Positions 1-8,355 are shown, counted from the stretch's first letter. The stretch is 38,793 nt of DNA from Candidatus Sumerlaeota bacterium (GCA_026398545.1 JAPLSR010000022.1:1-38793), one strand, 5' to 3'. Notes: a model not told the origin generated them from the letters alone. Numbers and translations are program-made.

Positions 1-26
1 CCTTTGGGTATCCTGATGATTGTCAT
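1..26 (-). CDS. 5' end of an ORF leaving the window (MTIIRIPKG...), possibly the next arg-operon gene
   Basis: ATG at 26..24 on the reverse strand, 12 nt after the argC TAG and preceded by AAGGGA. Only about 9 codons are visible, so the product is a guess from operon position. Confidence 0.2.
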
Positions 27-38
27 ATCCATCCCTTA

Positions 39-179
39 CTATACGACTAATCCTTCCCGCTCATCAAAACCGAAAATGATATTCATGCACTGCACCGCCT
101 GACCGGAAGCGCCTTTCAGGAGATTGTCAATCGCGCTGATAATTATGAGGCGGTTCGTGCGTCTGTCAAGCTTCATTCA
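39..179 (-). pseudogene. argC: argC C-terminal 45 codons continuing in the same frame after the TGA
   Basis: Reverse strand 176..39 reads [48 protein letters not shown]. This is the canonical ArgC tail (DNLxKGAxGQAxQ) and is in frame with 177..1070. Confidence 0.7.
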
Positions 180-1070
180 GATATCGCAATAATTCGCGCC
201 GACGACAGTCCTGGTCGCAGGATATTGTCCCTCGGAGAGAATCCGCACAAACGGCTCTCCATCATAAAATCTCTCATACTCCCTGCGTATCTCAGCCTCA
301 TCCACATCGCTTGCCATATTGACATAGATGGTGCTCAGGATGCCGCGGTCCATGGGGGCGAGGTGTGGTGTGAACTGGATGAGAATGGGCGTTCCCGCGA
401 GCAGGGAGAGTTTCTCTTCAATCTCCGGCGTGTGGCGATGCGTGGCGATGGAATAAGCGCGGATGGATTCATTGCATGAGATATAATGCGTGAGCGGCGT
501 GGCGGCGCGTCCCGCTCCAGAGACGCCTGATTTGGAATCTGCAATGATAGAACGCCTGTCAATCCAGTCCGTTTTCATAATCGGTGCGCAGGCAAGTATG
601 ATGCCTGTGGGATAGCAGCCGGGACTGCCGATAAGGCGAGCCGTTTTGATTTTTTCGCGAGAGAGCTCCGGCAGACCATAAACCGCCTCCCTGTTCAGGG
701 CTGGGGCGGCGTGGGCGATGGCATAAGTCTTTTCATAGATGGCGATATCCTCAAAGCGAAAATCGGCGCTGAGGTCAATAACGATTTTCCCCGCATCATA
801 AAAAGGCACGGCGTAGTCCTGCGCCACCTTATGGGGCAAGGCGAGAAAAACAACGTCCGCCAGGCGGCTCAATCTCTCAATATCCGCCGGTTCAATCACA
901 AGGGGCGTCCGACCGCGAAACTCGGGGAAATTCTCGATGAGAGATTCCGGCGCATCCAATTTATCCGCCAGCGCCACAAGTTCCACCTGCGTATGACGCA
1001 GGAGGATGGCGATGAGCTCGCGGGCGGCGTAACCCTTTGCGCCGACGATTGCCGCTTTCACTTTATTCAT
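177..1070 (-). CDS. argC: N-acetyl-gamma-glutamyl-phosphate reductase, first 297 codons up to an in-frame TGA
   Basis: The ORF-track protein shows MNKVKAAIVGAKGYAARELI (Rossmann N-terminus), GSPGCYPTG (active-site Cys motif) and SGVSGAGR. I trimmed the start to ATG 1070, which follows AAGGAG. The ORF ends at TGA 177..179. Confidence 0.85.
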   Translation of the reverse strand: MNKVKAAIVGAKGYAARELIAILLRHTQVELVALADKLDAPESLIENFPEFRGRTPLVIEPADIERLSRLADVVFLALPHKVAQDYAVPFYDAGKIVIDLSADFRFEDIAIYEKTYAIAHAAPALNREAVYGLPELSREKIKTARLIGSPGCYPTGIILACAPIMKTDWIDRRSIIADSKSGVSGAGRAATPLTHYISCNESIRAYSIATHRHTPEIEEKLSLLAGTPILIQFTPHLAPMDRGILSTIYVNMASDVDEAEIRREYERFYDGEPFVRILSEGQYPATRTVVGANYCDI

Positions 1071-1080
1071 CGCTGACTCC

Positions 1081-2475
1081 TTAACACTCTTTTCTTGCGG
1101 CGATGAGCATCTCATCCACCTCTGCCACATGCGCCTGTTTTTCCAGCCAGTATTCAGGCTTGCGCTGGGCGTTCAGTTCCTCAACCGTCTTGCCCTGCTG
1201 CTCAACCCATGTGTAATATTTCAGATTGTGCCAGCGTTCATGCGCCTCACGCGTCCCCTCACAAATCCAGTCGAGCTTCTGCTCGTGGAAGATAGCGGAG
1301 AGCCTTACCGCCGCCTCCATCTCGTCCATCCTGCCAAACTGCTCCTCCATCTTCCTCATCACAGAGTGATAGCGGTCAATGGCGTCCGTGCAGACCGTGA
1401 CAATGAGGTCATCCTTGCCAAAGCCGTAAAACTTCGCCGTCTTGATGGCGCCGAGGACATTGCAGACGCCGCTGATGCCGAAGATTTCCGACATTTTGCG
1501 GACATCCTCCACCTTCACACCATGGCGGGACATCACATTCCACCCCGTCTCCTCCGTTAAGAACTGCAATCCCTTCTTGCACTCAAGGTCATCAATGCAC
1601 ATAAGGGCGTCCATGTTGCCCACGTGGTGAATCCAGGTCACGTGCTTGTCCCCGATGCCCTGGATGTCATGCGCGCCGTATCCGTTGTTGAAGAGGGTCG
1701 GGCATTGAACAGGCTCAAGTCCCACGATTTTGTGCTCGCCCCAGACCTGCTTCAGGCGGTCGCCCGCCGCAATGGTGCCCGCAGAACCCATGGCGGAGAC
1801 AAAGGCGGCAACACGTCCATCTCCCACGCCTCGCTCCTTGAGTTCCCGCGCCAGCTCCACAATCGTGTTCCCCGTGACGTAATAATGGAAGCGATAATTG
1901 CCCCAGACCTCAAACTGGTTCATGATGCGGATGTTCGGGTCGGAGCGGCGCAGTTCATTACACTTGTCATAAATCTCCTTCACATTGGACTCACAGCCCG
2001 GCGTCAGGATGAGGCGCGCACCGTATTGGCGTATTTTTTCAAAACGCTCCTCGCTCATCCCTTCAGGGAGAATCACAATGGATTTAAAATTCATGCGGCA
2101 GCCGACCCATGCCCCGCCGATGCCATAATTCCCCGTGCTGGGCCAGACGAGGGTGTGTCTTGCCGGCTCAACATCTCCCGAAAGTTGCATATCAACAAGT
2201 ACAGAATACGTTGCGCCGACCTTGTGGCTTCCCGTGGGGAAATCTTTGGAATAAAGGACAACAATTGGCGCATCAACGCCCGTGAGTTCCTTCGGCAGGA
2301 GCATGTGATAAATCCGGTTGTCGGCATTCTTCCAGGTGATATTAAAGAGATTTATGGGGTCGAGAGGGTCTTCCGTGCGTGCCTTGAGCGCCCTCTTGCG
2401 AACCTGCGGGTCAATCCGGGCTGGCTCCAGCATCTCAGCAAATGTCGGACCCAATACCAGATTCTTATTTTCCAC
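1081..2475 (-). CDS. PLP-dependent enzyme of the Trp-synthase-beta / cysteine-synthase fold (long ~460 aa form)
   Basis: SHKVGATY (PLP-lysine region), STGNYGIGGAW and the SAMGSAGT phosphate-binding loop. GTG start at 2475 lies 8 nt after AAGGAG. Confidence 0.7.
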   Translation of the reverse strand: MENKNLVLGPTFAEMLEPARIDPQVRKRALKARTEDPLDPINLFNITWKNADNRIYHMLLPKELTGVDAPIVVLYSKDFPTGSHKVGATYSVLVDMQLSGDVEPARHTLVWPSTGNYGIGGAWVGCRMNFKSIVILPEGMSEERFEKIRQYGARLILTPGCESNVKEIYDKCNELRRSDPNIRIMNQFEVWGNYRFHYYVTGNTIVELARELKERGVGDGRVAAFVSAMGSAGTIAAGDRLKQVWGEHKIVGLEPVQCPTLFNNGYGAHDIQGIGDKHVTWIHHVGNMDALMCIDDLECKKGLQFLTEETGWNVMSRHGVKVEDVRKMSEIFGISGVCNVLGAIKTAKFYGFGKDDLIVTVCTDAIDRYHSVMRKMEEQFGRMDEMEAAVRLSAIFHEQKLDWICEGTREAHERWHNLKYYTWVEQQGKTVEELNAQRKPEYWLEKQAHVAEVDEMLIAARKEC

Positions 2476-2740
2476 AGTGAAACTCCTTGTTTCATATAAA
2501 ACATGAGAAAATTTGAATTACTTTGTCGCGCGCCTTATCGTCAAACAGATTTTGACATCTATGCGGGCAAGATTGCCATGGATGACCCAATAACAAAACA
2601 TTCCAGATTTCCACTTTAACCTGACTTTCAGAACGTCAAAAATCTTCTATCCACTTTTCTTCTTGCGAAGACGCGCCACAGACTGATAAGAAATTAACAA
2701 ATGTACGGCTATTTAGCATTTTAATAAATGGTGCAAGGTC

Positions 2741-3214
2741 ATGTTCGAAATAGCCCAGCGCGTGTATGCCGACACATCGGTCTTTGGCGGCGCATTTGAT
2801 GAAGATTTTTCAGATGCCAGCCGTCTCTTTCTGAAACAAGTAAAAAGCGGACGTTTTCATCTGATTTTATCCCCGATTATTGAGAAAGAGATGTTAGTCG
2901 CTCCGGTAAAAGTCAGGGAACTTTATCAGACTATATCCGAATATGGAGAGATGCTTCCCCTGAGCAAGGAGGCGCTCCGGCTTCAGGATGCCTATCTCAA
3001 CGCCGGTATAGTTACGCAAAAATGGGCTGCGGATGTCCTGCATGTGGCTCATGCCACCGTTCATAATTGCCGCATGATCGTCAGCTGGAATTTTCGTCAT
3101 ATTGTCCATTACGATAAAATTGCGCTCTATAACGCCATCAATATTCAGGAAGGATACAGTCCCATAGGCATACACAGTCCGCAGGAGGTGATTGATTATG
3201 AAGAAAACGTTTGA
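2741..3214 (+). CDS. PIN-domain (VapC-like) protein
   Basis: 157 aa. Has an N-terminal acidic motif VYADTSVFGG, a central IIEKE, and C-terminal DVLHVAHAT plus SWNFRHI, typical of PIN nuclease folds. Confidence 0.65.
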   Translation: MFEIAQRVYADTSVFGGAFDEDFSDASRLFLKQVKSGRFHLILSPIIEKEMLVAPVKVRELYQTISEYGEMLPLSKEALRLQDAYLNAGIVTQKWAADVLHVAHATVHNCRMIVSWNFRHIVHYDKIALYNAINIQEGYSPIGIHSPQEVIDYEENV

Positions 3215-3374
3215 TTGTGTGGAGATGAAACGCAAAGGGGCGCTCAGGATATACGAAGAGACCAAAGACATGACCTTTGAGCAAAAGGCGGAATATTGGC
3301 GTAAACTCAGCGAGGAAGCCATAAAGAGTCATGCACGGAGGCAAAATCGGAAGATGACACCTTCCGCCAGATAA
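3198..3374 (+). CDS. small charged protein coupled to the PIN gene (possible cognate antitoxin/partner)
   Basis: ATG 3198 sits 9 nt after AGGAGG (3183..3188). It overlaps the PIN 3' end by 17 nt. 58 aa: MKKTFDCVEMKRKGALRIYEE... Confidence 0.5.
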   Translation: MKKTFDCVEMKRKGALRIYEETKDMTFEQKAEYWRKLSEEAIKSHARRQNRKMTPSAR

Positions 3375-3445
3375 ACCATCTCACGATTATATCAAAATAT
3401 TCCCCGAATATAATAATAGGTGATTAGCTGAACTTTTGCACAAAA

Positions 3446-3511
3446 TCACACAGATATTCACAGATGAAATATTCAAAATATATTATCTGCGCAATCTGCG
3501 TAATCTGTGGA
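3446..3511. repeat. micro tandem repeat: 3 x 9 nt (atctgcgca/atctgcgta/atctgtgga, 3485..3511) with inverted copies cacagat x2 (3449..3465)
   Basis: Read directly from the sequence. It lies in the AT-rich spacer between the PIN pair and the kinase. Confidence 0.6.
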
Positions 3512-3793
3512 TAGTATTTACTTCTGGCGCATCACGCGATTTAGGGATATACACCCTCCGCGATACGCAATGCAACTTTTCAGATTAATATTTCTCCTTG
3601 ACATGAAAGATTATTTAATCACAAATATCATTAATGAGCTGAATCGTGGCGGAAAAGGGGTGCGAAGCCCAGCGGACCTTCTATAATATCATGGGAAGAC
3701 CAGCGTGTTATACAGAAAGAGGACGCTTGTCTAAGAGGATTTATACGGAACTATATATACATTAGTTGGCCGCCGGAGGGCGAAGGAGACGAA

Positions 3794-6427
3794 ATGCTGA
3801 AAGTAGGTCACAATCTCGGCGAGTACATAGTCGAAAGGCCGATAAGCGTCGGCAAAACCGGACAGGCCGACGTCTATCTCGCGAGACGTGCAGATGGCAC
3901 TGGTAGCCCAGTGGCCCTGAAAGTACTCGCCGAACACCTCAAGACCGATGATGACGCGCTCAGAAACTTCAGTGACGAGGCAGACGTACTCACGAAGCTT
4001 CACCATCCCGGTATTGTTCGCCTCGAATCCTTCGACACATCCCCTCCGACACCGTATATCGCTCAGGAATATGTGGAAGGCCAGTCCACAGCAGATTGGC
4101 TCAAAAGCTTCAGCGCCCCCGCTTCCATCGACGCCATTCTGGGAATTGCCCTTCAGGTTGCCGATGCCCTGCTCTACGCGCATGGGTTGACCTACTTCAA
4201 GATCGAGCAGACAGAGACAGGTGGTAAGTCATCGAGAAAACGTCAGGGCCTGATCCACAGGGACCTCAGCACAGACAACATCCTCATTACCAAGGATCAG
4301 AAGGCAAAGCTTATCGACTTTGGAATAGCAAAGGCTATTGGCATCACAACCGTGACAACCAGAAATACGAGTTTGGGAAAGGAATACTATGTAGCTCACG
4401 AGGTGGAGATAGGGGTCGGCCGGACATCCCTGCCCGCGGCGGACATCTACTCCTTCGGCGTCTGCCTCTACGAAATGGTAATGATGTACAGACCCGAAAA
4501 GCAACGGCTCGATGTTCTAAAACAGTTTCAAAGGAACCTGCATGCCCTCCATTTGGCATTCCCGGATGACGTTCCAGACCAGTTGAAGAAGCTCATAGTG
4601 CACTGCGTGCAGAGAGAGCCCCGTGACAGACCCAAAAGCATGAACGAGGTCAAGTTGGTGCTACTTGAACTCCAGTCAAAGTCCTTCGATGCTGAGGCGA
4701 GCAATAAGGAGATTCCTGTTGGCTTGGTAGCGTCCTCGAGAGCCTTGAGACTTGCCCGTGTTCTCGCTCTTCCCAGGGAGGAGACTGGGGGAGGCTTCAT
4801 GAGGTTGGCCTTCAATGACAATGGCACACGCTTCTTTCTATTATGTGATGAATGCGCCAAGGTCTGTTCGTTCAACGAGAGTGGTGGCGAAAAACAGACC
4901 CGCCATGTGCCCCATGGGCAGCACCTTGCGGCGATTGCTGGCGGGAAAGATGACGAGGCGTTTGGCTTCTCGGTTGAAGGGGCCAATCTGTTGGTCGTAG
5001 ATGCATCTGGTGAATGGCGTTCCCTGGTGCAGACTGTAGCCAGAGGATTACCGAAAGTGGTTCCGGACAATATTGCCTATTACAGCGGCAGTATTTACAT
5101 GGGGGACTACACGACCAACCGCATATTTCGTATGTCCCTCGCGGATGGTCAGATCACTGGCGGGATTCCCGAGGGGTTAGTCACGCAACTCGGACCTTTT
5201 GGACTTGGCAATGACTCCTTGTTCTTCATCGACATGGCATCAAAGACGTTGTTCAGAACCGATCTTTCACTGCAGAATGTCCGGAAGATTTGCACAGAGC
5301 AGAGTTGGGGCTGGCCGACTTGGCTCGCTGCCGGAGACGCACTCCTGTTCATCGTTGACTCGCAGAACAAAAAAATATCGGTCCTAACCACGGATGGCGA
5401 AATGGTGGATCCGCGAGCATTGACTTGGAGCGCCAACCACGAAATCTCGCAAGTATCGTTTGCTCCACGCAGTTCGCAGATCGTCATCTTGGATTCCACC
5501 TCGCCCGGCCTCCTGTTCTTCGACGTCATGCCGGTCGATCCTGAATTACTGAGGTTGGCGAGAGCACTGCGTCTTCCCACGTCCGAGATAAGAGACTTCT
5601 CTTATGAGACCATCGAACAGATGATGCTCAATACGATTCACAAGTCTCCCGACAAGAGGGAAGCCGCGTTGCGAGCGATTACATGCATAGACAATTCTGC
5701 CGAGACGCGTAAAAAGGGTTTGCGGATCCAGGCTGTGCTATACAACTTCTTGCTAGAAAATGCCTCCCCTGTAGAACGGCCCAGCATACTGCGGAGGCTG
5801 TCCGGCACACTCGAGCAGATGGACGAGTGTGAAAAGGCAAAACAGGTTTGCCAGGAATATCTCAACGCCGCCAAAGGCTATGATCCGGACATACGCGACA
5901 GATATGGCAGACTTCTGGAGAAGGATCTGAGGTGGGAGGATATCAAGGAGTTCGAAGGGGTATTCCTTTCCCAGGCATACTTCGGAAGTCCCGATAATCG
6001 AGTTGCCTACTCCCGTTCGTACAACCGGGTCAGGAAGGCCTACGCGAATCTCGGTATTCCTTTACCGAAGAACTTCAACATACCCCCGACAGCGGAACTG
6101 ATGAAGGCCAATGCCCTCCTCAACAATAGACAATATGATGAAGCCCGTGCCCTATTTAAAGAGATAATAGACAACGAGGGTTATACTCTCGTGAAAGGTG
6201 AAGATGCCATCGCTATCCTTGCCGGTTACGCTAAGAGCATCAAACACTCTATGCGGCTGCTCTCTCTAGAAGACTGGCAGGAGATACACCGAAGACTGTC
6301 CATTCTTGTTCGAGATTACTCACAGACACAAGGTTTCAAACCTGAGTTCACAAGGGACATGAGTGCGGCCGCAAGACAGATCGAAAAACTGAATGGTTTG
6401 ATCCCAAGGGCTGAACATGAGCAATAA
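3794..6427 (+). CDS. Ser/Thr protein kinase with NHL-like beta-propeller and helical-repeat C-terminus, no TM segment
   Basis: Kinase motifs VALKV, HRDLSTDNIL, DFGIAK and AHE. NHL-like blades YMGDYTTNRIFRM, LFFIDMASKTLFRT and LFIVDSQNKKISVL. GAAGGAG precedes ATG 3794. Confidence 0.9.
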   Translation: MLKVGHNLGEYIVERPISVGKTGQADVYLARRADGTGSPVALKVLAEHLKTDDDALRNFSDEADVLTKLHHPGIVRLESFDTSPPTPYIAQEYVEGQSTADWLKSFSAPASIDAILGIALQVADALLYAHGLTYFKIEQTETGGKSSRKRQGLIHRDLSTDNILITKDQKAKLIDFGIAKAIGITTVTTRNTSLGKEYYVAHEVEIGVGRTSLPAADIYSFGVCLYEMVMMYRPEKQRLDVLKQFQRNLHALHLAFPDDVPDQLKKLIVHCVQREPRDRPKSMNEVKLVLLELQSKSFDAEASNKEIPVGLVASSRALRLARVLALPREETGGGFMRLAFNDNGTRFFLLCDECAKVCSFNESGGEKQTRHVPHGQHLAAIAGGKDDEAFGFSVEGANLLVVDASGEWRSLVQTVARGLPKVVPDNIAYYSGSIYMGDYTTNRIFRMSLADGQITGGIPEGLVTQLGPFGLGNDSLFFIDMASKTLFRTDLSLQNVRKICTEQSWGWPTWLAAGDALLFIVDSQNKKISVLTTDGEMVDPRALTWSANHEISQVSFAPRSSQIVILDSTSPGLLFFDVMPVDPELLRLARALRLPTSEIRDFSYETIEQMMLNTIHKSPDKREAALRAITCIDNSAETRKKGLRIQAVLYNFLLENASPVERPSILRRLSGTLEQMDECEKAKQVCQEYLNAAKGYDPDIRDRYGRLLEKDLRWEDIKEFEGVFLSQAYFGSPDNRVAYSRSYNRVRKAYANLGIPLPKNFNIPPTAELMKANALLNNRQYDEARALFKEIIDNEGYTLVKGEDAIAILAGYAKSIKHSMRLLSLEDWQEIHRRLSILVRDYSQTQGFKPEFTRDMSAAARQIEKLNGLIPRAEHEQ

Positions 6428-7886
6428 TCCACAACCTGAACAATATGGGCATTTAAACCAAGTAGCAGGGAACGTTCTATGTATCCTGGTGTTATTTGAG
6501 ATTCGCCGCGGAAAGAGAATCATCGAGATCAGTAAGAATGCTTTCCTTATCGGTAGAGACGAAGGGAAATGCGACGTTGTCCTTGACCCTCTCGACCGAT
6601 CGGCATCCCGAGAACATTTCGCCGTGCAAAATCGATCCGGAACCCATTTTCTTACAAACTTGAGCAGCAATGGGACGCTTATCAACGGCGAGACGGTAGG
6701 CAGCAAGGGAAGACGCCTGTATCACGGAGACGTGATAGAAGCTGGCAATTCCGAAGTGACATTTCTCTTGCCGGGGCACGTCGGTAAGACAGTACAGCAA
6801 CTCATTGATGACGGACGGCAGAGAGAGACGCTTGAGCCTGCATACTCCATTCAGTGCTATGCGTTAGCTTTGCGGGAACAGCCGGGTAACATTGAGTGTG
6901 CAGCGCGCCTGCTTGCTCTTCTGGCTCGCCATGACCGATATGAGGAGTTGGTCACGGGTGGGAACTACTTCGATCCAGAGAAAATGATGCAACTTGTGAA
7001 TGATACGCGGATTGCGATTCCGCTCGCAAAAGCTTTTGTGAAGGTGGGCGATTTTTCTGCCGCCATGAATATTGTGAACCTTGCCGGCGGGCCCTCTGCT
7101 AACTGTGAAATGGAGAACCTTGCGAGAACAATTGAGGATCAGACGGCAGGCCGTTTGCTCAGGACGATCAGTGATGAGCCGGCAGAGTCGCCATTCTTCC
7201 AACGCGGTTCACTTAGGGTCTACGTCGATGAAAGAGCCGACTTTGGGGATTTCAGGTATGTCGAGCGGTACTATAAATACATCCGTCGCCAAATTGACCC
7301 ACTCTTCGGTGGGCCTATAGGCGGCATTGCGGAATTCCACATCACAATTCGGGACCAGCTTTTTGCTCAGTCACTACCAGGCCAGTACGCTATCCTCGGC
7401 TATTACAGCCAAGCAAGCCGAAGGATTTTTATCAAGCCGCGCAGATGGGTGGAGAGGAATGCGAAGGACGAGAACTTCCATGTGGTTCTCTCGCATGAGT
7501 ACGTTCATTTGAGGGTGCATGATGCTTGCAGCTCCGTACTGCCGCCAAAATGGTATGATGAGGGTTTGGCCCAGCTATTCACAGAGGAAGGACAGATCGC
7601 GGATTTTGTTTTACTTCGGAATGTTAGAACAAGATGTCATAATGTTATGAAGTTCACGGATGATTGCTTCTCACCTGCTCTTGGTGATCCCGCTTTAGCG
7701 TATCTGCAGAGTGCTGCAATGCTGCGGTATCTGGCCAACAGATTCGGCAAAGAGGCGCTGGTATCCGTCCTACACACCATGGGCGAGAGCGGCATGAGTT
7801 TCGCCGAGGCGTTTGACGAGAATCTCCACATCTCTCTGAATGATCTCGATAGGGAATGGTGGACCCTAATCGGACCAGTAGGATGA
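6417..7886 (+). CDS. FHA-domain protein with C-terminal HExxH (peptidase MA-like) domain
   Basis: FLIGRDEGKCDVVLDPLDRSASREHFAV...SSNGTLINGE...GDVIEAG is an FHA signature. LSHEYVHL followed by WYDEGLAQ matches a gluzincin-type motif. The start overlaps the kinase stop by 11 nt. Confidence 0.85.
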   Translation: MSNNPQPEQYGHLNQVAGNVLCILVLFEIRRGKRIIEISKNAFLIGRDEGKCDVVLDPLDRSASREHFAVQNRSGTHFLTNLSSNGTLINGETVGSKGRRLYHGDVIEAGNSEVTFLLPGHVGKTVQQLIDDGRQRETLEPAYSIQCYALALREQPGNIECAARLLALLARHDRYEELVTGGNYFDPEKMMQLVNDTRIAIPLAKAFVKVGDFSAAMNIVNLAGGPSANCEMENLARTIEDQTAGRLLRTISDEPAESPFFQRGSLRVYVDERADFGDFRYVERYYKYIRRQIDPLFGGPIGGIAEFHITIRDQLFAQSLPGQYAILGYYSQASRRIFIKPRRWVERNAKDENFHVVLSHEYVHLRVHDACSSVLPPKWYDEGLAQLFTEEGQIADFVLLRNVRTRCHNVMKFTDDCFSPALGDPALAYLQSAAMLRYLANRFGKEALVSVLHTMGESGMSFAEAFDENLHISLNDLDREWWTLIGPVG

Positions 7887-8023
7887 CTCGCGATCTCATA
7901 CGTAAGAGCGGCGCCATTATCTTCACTCCAAGAATCGGAAGGGCGTATTTCGCGGCACTGCACGAGGTAAAAGAACTGAGGAAAGAAGGCGGCCAACAAC
8001 CGCCTGAACCCTATCGTTGCTAG
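7883..8023 (+). CDS. 46-codon ORF ATGA-coupled to the FHA gene (hypothetical)
   Basis: The ATG overlaps the TGA of the FHA gene (ggATGAct). It reads MTRDLIRKSGAIIFTPRIGRAYFAALHEVKELRKEGGQQPPEPYRC. No recognisable family, and it may be gene debris. Confidence 0.25.
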   Translation: MTRDLIRKSGAIIFTPRIGRAYFAALHEVKELRKEGGQQPPEPYRC

Positions 8024-8035
8024 CGCCGAAGGGTT

Positions 8036-8238
8036 AGGCGGGACGTTCTGATTGTCAGTAAAGGTAATCCAGGTGTTGGTGCTATAGGTGTTATAATTTG
8101 CGATACAAATAATACTCTTCTTTATGAATTCTCAAAACATATCTGAAACTGCACAAATAATCAGGCAGAGTATAAGTCATTAATTAAAGGCATTGGTCTC
8201 TGTGCAAAGGGCAAGCCAAAAAGTGACCTGTATTTCAA
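8036..8238 (+). pseudogene. RNase HI-like gene remnant (internal TGA, truncated 3' end)
   Basis: The frame reads ...VSKGNPGVGAIGVIICDTNNTLLYEFSKHI-TGA-NCTNNQAEYKSLIKGIGLCAKGKPKSDLYF. GNPGxxGxG and TNNxAEYxxLI are RNase H hallmarks. There is a stop at 8144..8146, and homology ends at the repeat boundary. Confidence 0.45.
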
Positions 8239-8355
8239 AAAGAAATATGTTGCGTGAGATTTGCCATACGTTTCATTTTATAATTAATTCAAATGTGAGT
8301 GAGAACCATGCAAAATCCTGGAATTGCCATAATTATCGGGAGCAAATCGGATTGG
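8239..8355 (+). repeat. 117-nt direct repeat, copy A (purE promoter + first 16 codons)
   Basis: The first 68 nt are identical to 8656..8723. There are 7 mismatches, all in the last 49 nt. Confidence 0.9.

Noticed and set aside
177-179. TGA in argC read as evidence of an alternative genetic code (UGA=Gly code 25, or UGA=Trp code 4) or as selenocysteine
   Set aside because: Several other genes in the window end at TGA (FHA, PIN, paaK, ACT), and no other conserved gene is split by TGA. The aligned residue is Gly rather than Cys, and I see no SECIS-like hairpin immediately downstream. It is kept only as a local anomaly.
1624-2499. 291-aa plus-strand ORF antisense to the PLP-enzyme gene. Similar long antisense ORFs: 13103..13984 (+), 19069..19821 (-), 21013..21624 (-), 24677..25285 (-), 27001..27660 (-), 29023..29658 (-), 34591..35154 (+), 4528..5070 (-).
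   Set aside because: Each lies fully inside a well-supported gene on the opposite strand. Their composition is Arg/Pro/Ser/Gly-rich and low-complexity, with no recognisable motif or RBS. They are ordinary shadow ORFs in moderately GC-rich DNA.
3598-3692. Promoter-like boxes upstream of the kinase operon (TTGACA at 3598, TATAAT at ~3682)
   Set aside because: Neither box has a properly spaced partner hexamer (17 +/- 1 nt). In an AT-rich spacer such hexamers occur by chance.
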